Source: a virus
Virus record (IMG/VR): IMGVR_UViG_3300031788_000007
Span: 1 to 64,000 of that record
Strand: one strand, 5' to 3'
Length of the DNA stretch: 64,000 bases
Below, in pieces: positions 20,598-30,529 of the stretch; position 1 is the first letter of the stretch; every line of letters begins with the position of its first letter. Below the pieces are notes generated by a model. That model saw nothing but the letters and a program-made list of their open reading frames with translations, was not told the origin of the DNA and did not search any database. The translations under genes were made by a program, and so were the position numbers.

Positions 20598-21539
20598 ATG
20601 GCAGTCCAAACGTGGGAAGAAATTGTATCGGCAGCGCAGCTTAGTGCTGATGAACGCAAGCTCCTTGACAACATCGTGCAGAAAGTCCCCGAGTTCAAAG
20701 ATGGGCGGCTTCGGCAAGCGGACTACAGCCGGAAACTGACTGAGTTGCAGACGCAAGAGAAGGAATACACAGAAGCTCTTGCATACAACCAGAAGATGAA
20801 GGTGTGGGCTGACGAAAAGGTTCCGATCTGGGAATCCCTTGTAGAGCAAGGGGTGATCGACGAGGAATCGAAACCGTTATGGCCTGAAGAGAAGGCCAGG
20901 CTTGCAGCAGAACTTGAAGCGGCTAAGAAGGCAGCAGTTGGAGGCGAGATGGACCCGGCAGAGTTGGACAAGCGAGTGAAGGAAATCGTGGTGGCATCGG
21001 GCTTGAGCCTGAACGCCGAGCAATATCGAAACCTCTACGCCAGCGAGGGAAAGAAGTTGGTGGAAGAGACGATCAACGCCAAGTACACGGAGTTCGAGAA
21101 GAACTTCAACGAAAAGACGATTCCATTCACGACCGGATTCGCAACGTCCATGGCGATCATGGCGAACAAGTTTGAGAAGGAAACCGGGAAAGAGTTCACC
21201 GACGAAGATCAGAAGGCAGTATTCGATCTGATGTCGAAGGAGAAGGACTTCAATCCCAGGACCGCCGTGGAGAAGTACATGGAACCAACAGTCCGCGAGA
21301 AGAAGACGGCGGCCGACATTGAGCGGCTGGCTGAGGAGCGGGCGAACAAGATCATTGCCGAGCGCGGCGGTTTGCCGGGCGGCGGCAGCGAGGGTCACTT
21401 CCCAACAGGCGAAGCAAGGGGCAGTCTGCAAAAGATGTTGGAGCAAAGCGCCAAGGAGGGTGAGGGCGACGTTGAATCACTCACCATGGCGGCGGCAAGA
21501 ACAGCGGCGGCCGAACTTCGGAGTGTTGGCAAGTTTTAG
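20598..21539 (+). CDS. capsid scaffolding protein
   Basis: GRLRQADYSRKLTEL motif, helical and acidic, directly before MCP. Confidence 0.8.
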   Translation: MAVQTWEEIVSAAQLSADERKLLDNIVQKVPEFKDGRLRQADYSRKLTELQTQEKEYTEALAYNQKMKVWADEKVPIWESLVEQGVIDEESKPLWPEEKARLAAELEAAKKAAVGGEMDPAELDKRVKEIVVASGLSLNAEQYRNLYASEGKKLVEETINAKYTEFEKNFNEKTIPFTTGFATSMAIMANKFEKETGKEFTDEDQKAVFDLMSKEKDFNPRTAVEKYMEPTVREKKTAADIERLAEERANKIIAERGGLPGGGSEGHFPTGEARGSLQKMLEQSAKEGEGDVESLTMAAARTAAAELRSVGKF

Positions 21540-21766
21540 GTGGTGAGGCAGGCGGGACGCCTTGAGTTCCCGCAACTGCAATTCTCCAAGGAAGCATGGG
21601 TCCATGCGGAGCCTGAAGGGATAGCAGGGATGAGTTGAACGGGAAGCCGAGAGGCCGAGCCTGTGAGACTAGGGCGACAACGGCGAAGGCCGCGGTAATC
21701 AAACATCTCTGGCCCAATAGGGCGCTCGACAAGGGCTCAACCCGAGTCGAAGAAAGCAAAGGGCTT
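21540..21766 (+). ncRNA. candidate structured RNA in scaffold-MCP spacer
   Basis: At least 6 short hairpins (GCGGGA/TCCCGC, GCATGG/CCATGC, GCC-GAGA-GGC, CGGC-GAAG-GCCG, GCCC-AATA-GGGC, TCGAC/GTCGA). Confidence 0.55.
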
Positions 21767-22735
21767 ATGCTTACGTGGAATGATCTCACGGGCAAAACGA
21801 ACGATCATATCGTTCCGATCATCACCGACAACGTGTTCAAGTCTTCGCCGGTATTCACCCGCCTCCGCAAAAAGCGGAGATTCGCATTTCCCGGCGGCTT
21901 GACCATTCGCCATAACATCATGTACGCGCCGCTGAAGGGCGGGTTCTTCCAGCGCGGCCAAGCCTTTGACACCTCGGCAGTGCAGACGGACACGGCTCTT
22001 CAGTTCAACCTGAAGTACGCCTATGTGAACGTCACGCTGTATGGTGTGGATCAGGTTCTCAACCGCGGCGCAGAAGCCGCGATGAGTTACGTCTCCTCGA
22101 AGATGGTGAACGCTTCGGGCACGATGGCCCAGATCCTCGGCACCTCGGTCTTCGGTGACGGCCAGGGTACGCTGAACTCAACTCTTGAGTTGGATGGTTT
22201 ATCGGCGGCTGTTGACAACGGCGTGAACTACGCAACTTATGGTGGCATCACCCGGTCGGACATCTCCAGCACAGCGAACACTGGCATCAACTCTTACTAT
22301 GCGGCGCCATCGGCCTTTAACCTTTCTCAAATCCAGACAGCCTTTGGTGCGAGTTGGTTTGGGCAGGAGAAGCCGGACATGCTGCCGACCACGCAGCCGG
22401 TGTGGGATGCGTTCTGGAACAAGCTCCAGCCGCAGCAACGGTTCAACGACGAGACCTCCGACGTTCACGTTGGCTTCAAGTCGTTCAACTGGAACGGTGC
22501 GCAGGTGGTGGTTGACCAGTACCTCTCGGTCCTGGGCGGAACCTACACGATGTTTGGTCTCAACACCAACTACATCTACCTGTACGTCTCCGATGTGCCG
22601 AAGTACCAGTTTGGATTTACGGGCTGGAAGGAAGCGCAGAACACCGACGATGTGGCCGGACAGTATATGTTCGGTGGCAACATGGTTGTTGCCGCATCTC
22701 GCTTGATGTTCAGAGAGGCATTCACGGCCCTGTAA
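21767..22735 (+). CDS. major capsid protein (HK97 fold)
   Basis: 322 aa after scaffold; DNVFKSSP..., LQPQQRF, GFKSFNWNGAQVVVD patterns; highly biased codons. Confidence 0.9.
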   Translation: MLTWNDLTGKTNDHIVPIITDNVFKSSPVFTRLRKKRRFAFPGGLTIRHNIMYAPLKGGFFQRGQAFDTSAVQTDTALQFNLKYAYVNVTLYGVDQVLNRGAEAAMSYVSSKMVNASGTMAQILGTSVFGDGQGTLNSTLELDGLSAAVDNGVNYATYGGITRSDISSTANTGINSYYAAPSAFNLSQIQTAFGASWFGQEKPDMLPTTQPVWDAFWNKLQPQQRFNDETSDVHVGFKSFNWNGAQVVVDQYLSVLGGTYTMFGLNTNYIYLYVSDVPKYQFGFTGWKEAQNTDDVAGQYMFGGNMVVAASRLMFREAFTAL

Positions 22736-22760
22736 TCGGCCTGATTGAGAGGACAAGACA

Positions 22761-23432
22761 ATGGCATTTTTGAATTCGTCGAATCAACTTATCCAGATCG
22801 ACACTGGGAACGCACTCACCTACTGCTACAACCCATCTTTGGGGCTCGGCGCGGTGGCTGCCTATTCGGGACTCGGGCAAATCCAGGTTCTCGGCCAGAG
22901 GTACGTGGGGTATTCCGCGGCATACACTTCCACGAATCCCTACGGATACCCGTCAGCCTCCAACCCGGCTGGCTCTCCGGCGGTCTACGTACAGGCGAAG
23001 TATCTGGCGACTTCGGCACTCTCGCTGGCAAACTGGCAGGCGGCCAATGCTCCGGCGCCTGTGTACTGGACAGACAACACGTTTACCACGGTCACCGGCA
23101 TCACCACCGAAGCCTTGGGGGGAACGACTCTCGGGTTGAACTTCCCGGCCGGCTTTATGATGGTCAACTATGCCTCGGCGCCGAAGTTGACGCTGGCGCA
23201 GTTGCTTGGCGGGTATGTGTTGGTGCAGGTGGCCGGTTACCTCAAGGGAGCCTACATTTCAGGCACATCAGCCCCCGGTATCGGATCTTCGATCATCCCG
23301 GTAGCTGGCACCCTGAGCGCGAACTCACTTGCGGCCGGCACGGCCCCAACCTACCGTCCATTCGGCCGGCAACTCACAGCGTTGGTCAGCACCAACTACT
23401 GCGATGTCATGGTCGAGTCCGACAACTTCTAA
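22761..23432 (+). CDS. capsid decoration/cement protein
   Basis: Follows MCP; A/G/T-rich; GYVLVQVAGY motif. Confidence 0.65.
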   Translation: MAFLNSSNQLIQIDTGNALTYCYNPSLGLGAVAAYSGLGQIQVLGQRYVGYSAAYTSTNPYGYPSASNPAGSPAVYVQAKYLATSALSLANWQAANAPAPVYWTDNTFTTVTGITTEALGGTTLGLNFPAGFMMVNYASAPKLTLAQLLGGYVLVQVAGYLKGAYISGTSAPGIGSSIIPVAGTLSANSLAAGTAPTYRPFGRQLTALVSTNYCDVMVESDNF

Positions 23433-23444
23433 CCGGAGGGCAGC

Positions 23445-23798
23445 ATGGGTTACGTAATCACGAAACAGCCCGACGGCGATGTAAGCTGGGGGAACCTAAA
23501 CGGCGAGTTAGTGTCGCTGTCGGATTCCGTCTCGGATTACGCCACCGGAGGGTACGCAATCATCAGCGGGGAGACGGCGAATACCAACAACACGCCGCAA
23601 CTCATCAACTGCGACCTCTGGCGCATCCTTACCCTTATCCCGGTTGGTGGGCAAGGCGGATTCCAGCCTGTTTGGAATCCCAACACGCAGAAGATGCAGG
23701 TGTACTGCAATGGATCACTAAACGGTCCAGACAACGAAGTAGCCAACGGTTATGACTTGTCGGGGTACGTGTTTCAGTTCTTCTTGTTCGGGTACTAA
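23445..23798 (+). CDS. virion structural protein
   Basis: YATGGY motif, position in head operon. Confidence 0.6.
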   Translation: MGYVITKQPDGDVSWGNLNGELVSLSDSVSDYATGGYAIISGETANTNNTPQLINCDLWRILTLIPVGGQGGFQPVWNPNTQKMQVYCNGSLNGPDNEVANGYDLSGYVFQFFLFGY

Positions 23799-23851
23799 GC
23801 CCTTCGGGGCAATTACCGGGGGGCCGCTCTTTACCGGGCGGCCTTTCGTTT
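23799..23851 (+). terminator. cUUCGg hairpin plus terminator ending the capsid transcript
   Basis: GCCC-TTCG-GGGC, then GGCCGCTC/GGGCGGCC followed by TTTCGTTT. Confidence 0.75.
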
Positions 23852-23864
23852 GTAGGAGGGTGTC

Positions 23865-24783
23865 ATGTACGGATACGCATACGGGTTTCTTCCAATGCAG
23901 TTGCTTGACAGCTACGACGACGATGGCCCCTCTCTCGGAGAACACGTCTCAGAGACGAAGCGTGAAACAAAACAAGGCAAGAGCGACAGGGCGAAGAGTA
24001 CCGCGGGCGCGATTGGAAGTTCCCTGAGTAGCATGGGAAAAGACGAATCCGACCGTGCATCGTCGATCTCGCAAAACATCCGTCCGGTCCAGTACCGCAA
24101 GGGTGGCAAGGTCCGCAAGACGGGCCGAGCCATCGTCCACAAGAATGAGCGTGTAATCCCTGCCAGCAAGCGCAAGAAGGCCGAGAAGGTCATGCGGAAG
24201 GCTGGGATGAGGCTCACGAATAAGAAGGGCCGGAAGTCTTCAGGGAGGTCGTAGCCTATGCCGTGGGGCAGCAAGGACGCCAAGAGGCACACAAAGAAGG
24301 CGAAGTTGCCTAAACATAAGCGGCAGTGGGCTCATGTGGCCGACTCGGTTCTTGAGAGGACAGGGGATGAAGGTGCCGCAGTACGGGCGGCAAATGGTGT
24401 CGTGAAGAAGTCTGGAAAGAAGCGAAAGTCAAAGCGGTCTAAGGGCCGCACGAAGGGAAGGTAGTCATGGCGAAGCGCGAGAAGGACGAGAAGCCCTCAG
24501 ACGAAGCCAGGGAGCACAGCGTTGGTTTCTTGAAGAAGGCGGAGCGGTTGGCGGAGAAGAAGAGCAATCGCGGCAAAAAGCGCAGCAGTAAGGGTCGCGG
24601 AAAGGGGAGGTCGTAATGGCATCCAGAACCGTCAAGAAGGCGCTTCCCGATCGAGAGGAAGCAAGGACTTGGAAGGGCGGTACGGTGAAGCGGGCTCTTC
24701 CTGAGCGCGAGACAGCGAAGCCGAAGAAGCAGCGTGGAAAGGTGAAGCGGGCCTTGCCGGTATCGAGAACACGTTCGCGGTAG
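23865..24783 (+). CDS. four small basic proteins (23865-24254, 24258-24464, 24467-24616, 24616-24783)
   Basis: All end in K/R/S/G tails; last two translated by hand (MAKREKDEKP...RGKGRS; MASRTVKKALP...RTRSR). Confidence 0.75.
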
Positions 24784-24803
24784 TCCAAAATTTGGAGTAA
24801 GAC

Positions 24804-25784
24804 ATGCCTGTTGTAATCACACAAAATCCGCAGTTCCCATATCAAGTCGGACCAAATGGGACGCAGGCATACGTCCAACAGCTCGGATTCAGACAAATGA
24901 TAAATCAGGTCTGCGCTTGGAACCCAGACCTAGACCCGATGTGGGCCGGCCGTTTCATCAACGACGCCTACCGTGAGGTGATTGACAGCTACCAATGGTA
25001 TGCCCTCAAGGTGCGCGGGAACATCAATATCCCCAAGATCACCACGACTGGGACTTGCATCCTCACAACCGGGAGCAACATCGTTCAAGGCATCGGAACA
25101 GCTTGGACAAACTCTCTCATCGGCTTTCAGTTCCGTGGCGGCTTTCAGGGGCCGTGGCGAACAATCAACAATGTCAACGCCATCACTCAGCAGTTGACGA
25201 TCGACACGCCTTACGGTGGCGCCACTCGGACAGGGGGCTACCAATGTCAATGCGTGTACGCAATGCTCGGCGCCAACGTCAAATATCTCCTTCACGCGAG
25301 GAACCAAAATCAAGGATGGCCGATCGAAGTCAACGGCAACCAGGAAACGATCGACGCCTGGGATGTGTGGAGAGTATCTCTCGGGTGGACAACGTACTTC
25401 GCAACGCTTCCACCGACTCCCGACGGACAATTTCAGATCGAGATGTGGCCGACGCCTTATCAGCCGCAGGTGTTTCCTTTTGAAGCATACATTCAGCCAC
25501 CAGACATGATGCTGGACAACGACTCGCCGGTATCCTTCATCCGTGCAGATGTGCTCGTGCGGAGAGCCATTGCCGATGCCAAGCTCTTTGGCGGCCGGCA
25601 GAGCAAATACTACGATCCACTCGTGGCCGGGCAGAAGATGAAAGAGTTCTACTCTACCCTTGAGCAGATGCAGAACGCCTCAAACATGCTTGACCAACAA
25701 GATGTTACCTGGCGGTACGGGGCGGAAGAGGGCCGCGTTGGATTCGGACCCGGTTCAACTTGGGTTCAGTCGCACGACGCCTAG
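24804..25784 (+). CDS. head-tail adaptor-like protein with beta-sandwich insert
   Basis: FINDAYREV..W...IEMWPTP pattern of podovirus adaptors. Confidence 0.65.
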   Translation: MPVVITQNPQFPYQVGPNGTQAYVQQLGFRQMINQVCAWNPDLDPMWAGRFINDAYREVIDSYQWYALKVRGNINIPKITTTGTCILTTGSNIVQGIGTAWTNSLIGFQFRGGFQGPWRTINNVNAITQQLTIDTPYGGATRTGGYQCQCVYAMLGANVKYLLHARNQNQGWPIEVNGNQETIDAWDVWRVSLGWTTYFATLPPTPDGQFQIEMWPTPYQPQVFPFEAYIQPPDMMLDNDSPVSFIRADVLVRRAIADAKLFGGRQSKYYDPLVAGQKMKEFYSTLEQMQNASNMLDQQDVTWRYGAEEGRVGFGPGSTWVQSHDA

Positions 25785-25841
25785 CAGAATCCAGTGGCAC
25801 TCATAGCCTCGGGGACGCATAATCATTCTGAGGAGTACAAG

Positions 25842-26246
25842 ATGCCGTTTCAGAAGATGTATTGTGCGGACCCCGGATGCCGGTGGCACACAGAGAGCAA
25901 AGGTGGGGAGTTTGTGTTCTCGGCTGAGAGGGGAGGATTCTACTGCCCCGAGTGCTTTCGAGCCGGGCCTCCAGTAATGAACTCAGCGAAGAATTTGTGG
26001 GACTTCACCACGACCCACTTCAACGGTGAGAAGATCCACGTTCGGGATGCGGCCCACTTGCAGCGGCTTGAGAAGCAGTTCGGAGTCTCGAATCAGGCTT
26101 TTCACAACGATCATGCACATTGGGATATTTCACCATCCTCGCGGCCGGAGCCGATGAATGCCGAGCTTGCAAGGTTCATAGGTAAGGCAAGCGAGATGGG
26201 GCGGATGGACAAAGGCTCTCGGGTATCAGGCGAGTGGCAGCGGTAG
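25842..26246 (+). CDS. FmdB-like zinc-ribbon protein
   Basis: GAGGAG SD; C..PGC...CPEC. Confidence 0.55.
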   Translation: MPFQKMYCADPGCRWHTESKGGEFVFSAERGGFYCPECFRAGPPVMNSAKNLWDFTTTHFNGEKIHVRDAAHLQRLEKQFGVSNQAFHNDHAHWDISPSSRPEPMNAELARFIGKASEMGRMDKGSRVSGEWQR

Positions 26247-26258
26247 GGAAGCGGCCTA

Positions 26259-27124
26259 TTGGCCGAAGGAGACGTAACCGTGAAACGAAAGACAAGCCAA
26301 AGCGCGATCGAAACGCACGATACATCGTCAAGGCAGTTCCCAATGCCGGGGACGGACCTGGGGACCACGAACGCCATACCGTTCAACGAGGCGTGTGACG
26401 TTGACTTTAGCGGCGGCCGGCAGAGCCGGTATTGTCTCGGGCACGGGGACGACAGCAGTAACGAGTCCGTGTTGGTCGAGGACCGTAAAGGGATTCTCAT
26501 TCCGGCGACGAATCCGACAAGGAGTAAGGCGCCGCGGCCGTCATGGGAAACGCCCATGTCTTTCAGTAAGGAGATCGAATAGCCATGTTCAGAACCTTTG
26601 GACTTCAAGCATTGACGGGAGTTTCACAGCCGTTGTTTGGCGACAAGTTGACTGCGGCCATGCCAATCCCACAAGCGGGAGTGGATGCGATAGCGCAGGT
26701 AGCGAACACAGCCATCTACCAAGTTGGCGACAGGATCACTTTTGATCCCTATACGGCGAACCAAGACACGTTGATGGTGAGCAAGATCCTCACCTCCACG
26801 ACCATGCAGGTCACATCTCAGGGAGGCGCTCCGCAACATGCTCATGCTTCCAGTGCAGTTATGTGTTTATCAATTTCCGTAGGGGAGTTGATTATCGAGC
26901 CCTTAGATGGAGGGCAAGGACAAGTCTACCTTGGTTCTGATAACACAGTGACGGCTGGCGGCGGCGGAAACACGTTCTATAAGCTCTTGAAGGTCGCCGC
27001 AGGAACGATGCCGAACATCTTCAGGGCAACGAACAGCATAGCCTTCAATCCGGTCAGGACTGATGACATATGGATTGCGGGCTCGGCGAGCGACTCGTAC
27101 TACGCTGGGGCTGAGATCATTTAA
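26259..27124 (+). CDS. hypothetical (26259-26582) and virion structural protein (26585-27124)
   Basis: Position in the structural run; second is beta-rich with A/T/G bias. Confidence 0.55.
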
Positions 27125-27135
27125 GGTGGGTATGA

Positions 27136-27831
27136 ATGGCGACGACGCTGGCGACACTTCTTCCAGACGTACTCGGGAGGATAGAAGAAGAAAATCCTCC
27201 CGTTTTCTGGAATGAGACTTACGAGGTTCTTCCGGCGCTCGTAGATGCAATGTTCGAGGCCGCGCTGATAACAGGGACCGTGCAGGCTATCAATGTGCCG
27301 GTCACCCTTCCGGCTAACACCACCTTCATCTCCCTCCAGAACAACACAGCCATCGGCATACCAGCGGGCGTGATTGCGGCCCTGCGGTTAAGGTTGCCGT
27401 GGCCGATCAGGAAGACGACACTGAAGGGGTTGAGTGACGTGATACCAGGGTGGGAGAACGAGGCACCGGCGTATCAGTTGAGGGCGTGGTTTCCTCTCGG
27501 GGTGTCCCAGTTTGGAATCTATCCGCAGTTGGCCTACTCACAGATTGCGGTGATGGACTTCATTGTGGCTCCAACCACCGCGGCCAGGCCGTACACGACG
27601 GCGATAGCAGTTCCTTTTCAGGAGGAGTTCTCGTCGGCCTTTCCTGAGTACGCGGCGGTGATGTTAAGGACGAAAGAACTCGGATTGGAAGCGGAAGCGG
27701 CCAGCACCGTCTTGAACGAGTATATGGAGCAGATGAAGGCTCTCTCGATCTTCCAAGGCCGAATCGACAGTTTGGTTATGACGAACACTTACGGAGCCCG
27801 AGCAGCGGTCAATCGTAGAGAGGTAGTCTAA
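27136..27831 (+). CDS. head-tail adaptor/tail tube-like protein
   Basis: FWNETYEV..., FGIYPQ motif; position. Confidence 0.6.
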   Translation: MATTLATLLPDVLGRIEEENPPVFWNETYEVLPALVDAMFEAALITGTVQAINVPVTLPANTTFISLQNNTAIGIPAGVIAALRLRLPWPIRKTTLKGLSDVIPGWENEAPAYQLRAWFPLGVSQFGIYPQLAYSQIAVMDFIVAPTTAARPYTTAIAVPFQEEFSSAFPEYAAVMLRTKELGLEAEAASTVLNEYMEQMKALSIFQGRIDSLVMTNTYGARAAVNRREVV

Positions 27832-28709
27832 TGCCCGTGCAAGGTGTTGGCGCCCTCATCGCCAATGACATTTTGACCGATGTGGCGTTCTGGCTGATCG
27901 AGCCGTGCGTAAATACCATCATCCCGGCAGGTGGCATAGGCGCAGGCTCACAGACGGTCAACGTATGGGATGCAAGCCTCTACGTAGGCGCCCAAGTGCT
28001 TGTAGGGGTGCTTGGAGGCAATTTAGAGGTAGTCACGTTAACAGCCACGGTGCCTGGCGTCTCTTTCACGGCTACCTTCACTGTTCCGCACATTGCAGGG
28101 GAAGCGATCATAGGAGCTACCTTCCCGGTTCAAAACACGGCCGGCGATCCATTCTTTACCCAGGCCGAGATGCTTCAGTACCTCTCCAACGCCGTCAACG
28201 AGTTCCTACTTGCCGTACCGTTGGTTTACAACGTCACCGATGCCATCTCCATGCCGCCAACGCAGCAGTTCACGGCTCTACCTTCGGACTGTATGCTCCC
28301 GGTGCGTATAAGCGCCTTTGGCATCGGTTTGAGGGAGACCTCACAGAGCAATCTCGACGGAGTGGACTACAGGTGGATGATGGAGACCGGGAATCCTCCC
28401 ATGGTTTACTACCGGGACAAGATTGGAGTGCAGAACTTCGGGATCTGGCCCGTGCAGGCAAACACTACTCCAGTGGAGATCGTGTACCAGCAGCGCGGCC
28501 AGGAGACGATGGGGCTGGGTGATGGGTTCTTAGTGTCTGATCCGTTCCTTGTCTACGTCAAAGCCCGTGTGCTTGAGTTCGCTTATTCCAAAGATGGGGA
28601 GCAGTCCTCTCCGGCTCTGGCGAGGTTCTGGAACGGCCGCTACGAAGTGGGCTGCAAAATCTCGAAGATATTCCTCGAAGCGGTTATCGAAGATCCCAAT
28701 ATGCAGTGA
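27831..28709 (+). CDS. head-tail adaptor-like protein
   Basis: FFTQAEMLQYLSNA, GNP..YY, FGIWPV, AYSKDGE patterns. Confidence 0.6.
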   Translation: MPVQGVGALIANDILTDVAFWLIEPCVNTIIPAGGIGAGSQTVNVWDASLYVGAQVLVGVLGGNLEVVTLTATVPGVSFTATFTVPHIAGEAIIGATFPVQNTAGDPFFTQAEMLQYLSNAVNEFLLAVPLVYNVTDAISMPPTQQFTALPSDCMLPVRISAFGIGLRETSQSNLDGVDYRWMMETGNPPMVYYRDKIGVQNFGIWPVQANTTPVEIVYQQRGQETMGLGDGFLVSDPFLVYVKARVLEFAYSKDGEQSSPALARFWNGRYEVGCKISKIFLEAVIEDPNMQ

Positions 28710-28766
28710 GCAATCTGGAACATCCTTCAGTTTCCTAAAGGGCATCTACTCAACCCGAGGTGCCTT

Positions 28767-28973
28767 ATGCTTTCGCTGCTTATAACTATTCTCGTGGTCT
28801 GCATCATCTTCGCGTTGATCTGGTGGATTCTCACACAGATTCCCCTGCCACCACCCTTCGCACAGATCGTGCGCGTTGTCGTGGTCGTGATTTTTTGTAT
28901 TTGGTTGATCTACATGCTGTTGCCGCTTGCTGGCGGCCTTGGCGGTGGATTGGGGCGTCCGTTGGGGAGATAG
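28767..28973 (+). CDS. small two-TM membrane protein (Thivi_2564-like; possible holin)
   Basis: Two hydrophobic helices separated by IPLPPPF. Confidence 0.7.
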   Translation: MLSLLITILVVCIIFALIWWILTQIPLPPPFAQIVRVVVVVIFCIWLIYMLLPLAGGLGGGLGRPLGR

Positions 28974-28989
28974 GACTCCAAAATTTGGA

Positions 28990-29205
28990 CTATTCTCGGA
29001 ACGGATCAATCCCCCGCTCTCGCAGGAACACCAGATCCTTCTGAGTGAACTCCAGCAGCGGCGACTCGACAATCACAAACACATCTTCGCAGCGAGGGGC
29101 TTCAAATATCCTCAAGCCCTCCTGTGGCCGGTGATCCGAGTTGGGGATGGGTCTAAGGTAGTGGCGTATGCTCATGCGCTTGCTCCAAGGGAAGAGTCTT
29201 CTCAT
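28990..29205 (-). CDS. hypothetical protein
   Basis: Coupled to the def copy 2 stop; ends at palindrome 28975. Confidence 0.55.
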   Translation of the reverse strand: MRRLFPWSKRMSIRHYLRPIPNSDHRPQEGLRIFEAPRCEDVFVIVESPLLEFTQKDLVFLRERGIDPFRE

Positions 29206-29687
29206 TACTGCTTTCCTGCGGCTGTGGCGAACTCTTCCAAGCCCGCTCGTACCGAGAACAGAACCCCGTCCAGATGATCGAGTTCATGCTGAAACACCCT
29301 AGCCTCCAAGTTACGGAGGGAGCCCCAGTGTACGTCTCCAGAGAGCGTCTGTGAGACGAAGTGCAGGTAGGTTGCCCTGCGGACGTTCAGGAAGAGCCCA
29401 GGCATCGAGAGACAGCCCTCCTCATCGACGGCGCTACCCGTTGCGGCCTCAAGTTGCGGGTTGATGAACGCGAGTGGGTTGTGGGGCTTCTTGCTGTTGC
29501 GAACGTCCATGACGAAGATACGCTTCAATTCCCCGATCTGTGGCGCGGCCAGGCCCACGCCGTCGCTGGAATACATTGTCTGGAAGAGGTCTTCCACCAG
29601 GTCGTTGAGTTGTTTATCGAAAGACTTCACAGGCTCGCAGACGGTGGTCAAGCGGTCGTCTGGAAAAATGATTATTGGTCGTTTCAT
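29205..29687 (-). CDS. def: peptide deformylase (copy 2, canonical)
   Basis: GVGLAAPQIG, EGCLS and QHELDHLDG motifs; GGGGGA SD. Confidence 0.95.
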   Translation of the reverse strand: MKRPIIIFPDDRLTTVCEPVKSFDKQLNDLVEDLFQTMYSSDGVGLAAPQIGELKRIFVMDVRNSKKPHNPLAFINPQLEAATGSAVDEEGCLSMPGLFLNVRRATYLHFVSQTLSGDVHWGSLRNLEARVFQHELDHLDGVLFSVRAGLEEFATAAGKQ

Positions 29688-30097
29688 CCCCATTCCCCCA
29701 TGCCGAAGAATATAGCACAGCCGGCATTCCTGCCGGATGAGTGCCAGCAAGAGAGGATGATTTGGTTTGCAAGAATGAGACTTCGAGGCGGGACTGTGCT
29801 GCGCGGAATTTCAAGTGGAGCTGGCTGTTGAAGGAATTGTACACCAAACACACCACGGTCCCCGGAGGCAAGCCGGAGGCCGTGGTGCAGAAGGAGGGAG
29901 AATGAACAACCAGCGGAGTATGCGACCCGAACTCCAGTCGCCGTAGATTGAAGAGTACACCGGGTCAAATAAAAATGCAAACACCAAACCCCTCTTTCGA
30001 GGGGCTGGGTGCGCTCTTAGCGAAACTGTCGAGGGATCGGAAAAGAGACGGCGGCCGTGGCGACCACACTCATAAGATACATGATTTTAGAAAGTAG

Positions 30098-30126
30098 TTG
30101 CAAATTAAATCGCGTTGAATTACTGT
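30098..30126 (+). promoter_or_regulatory. sigma70-like promoter
   Basis: TTGCAA-17 nt-TACTGT after an AT-rich UP-like tract. Confidence 0.5.
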
Positions 30127-30529
30127 GAATTCGTCGAGGTTGATGCGGAAAATTGAGATGCAGGAAAGTGCCTCTCATTCCCCCATTCATTTGTACCCGG
30201 CAAGCTGATACGTGGCAGCCAGCTTTATGCTGGCCGGTGGGTTCGCGGCACTCCTTACTCCGAAGAAGCAACGGGCCGCTTTTGCAGTGAAAGCGTACAG
30301 ACATAGGCACTGATGACGACACGGGAATGGCGAAACCCAGGCAACGGGCAGGTGGTTGACTCCTGCATACGCGGCTACGCCCTGGTCCTACGGGATTGGG
30401 CGTGAGCCCTTTCGCATACTAAGCCTTCACCCGGTCGTCAAGACGCTTCAGCCACGTAGAGAATAGCGGCCACTTAGGAGCTTATCCCTAGGGAAGCCGC
30501 GCTCTGTCTAAGAGGGAAAGAGAGGGAAG

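Noticed and set aside
21635-21766. N-terminal extension of MCP
   Set aside because: TTG start in a hairpin-rich spacer; the paralogous fragment aligns from the ATG at 21767
22745-23755. 336-aa alternative-frame ORF
   Set aside because: Shadow of two well-formed structural genes; R/G-rich with no SD
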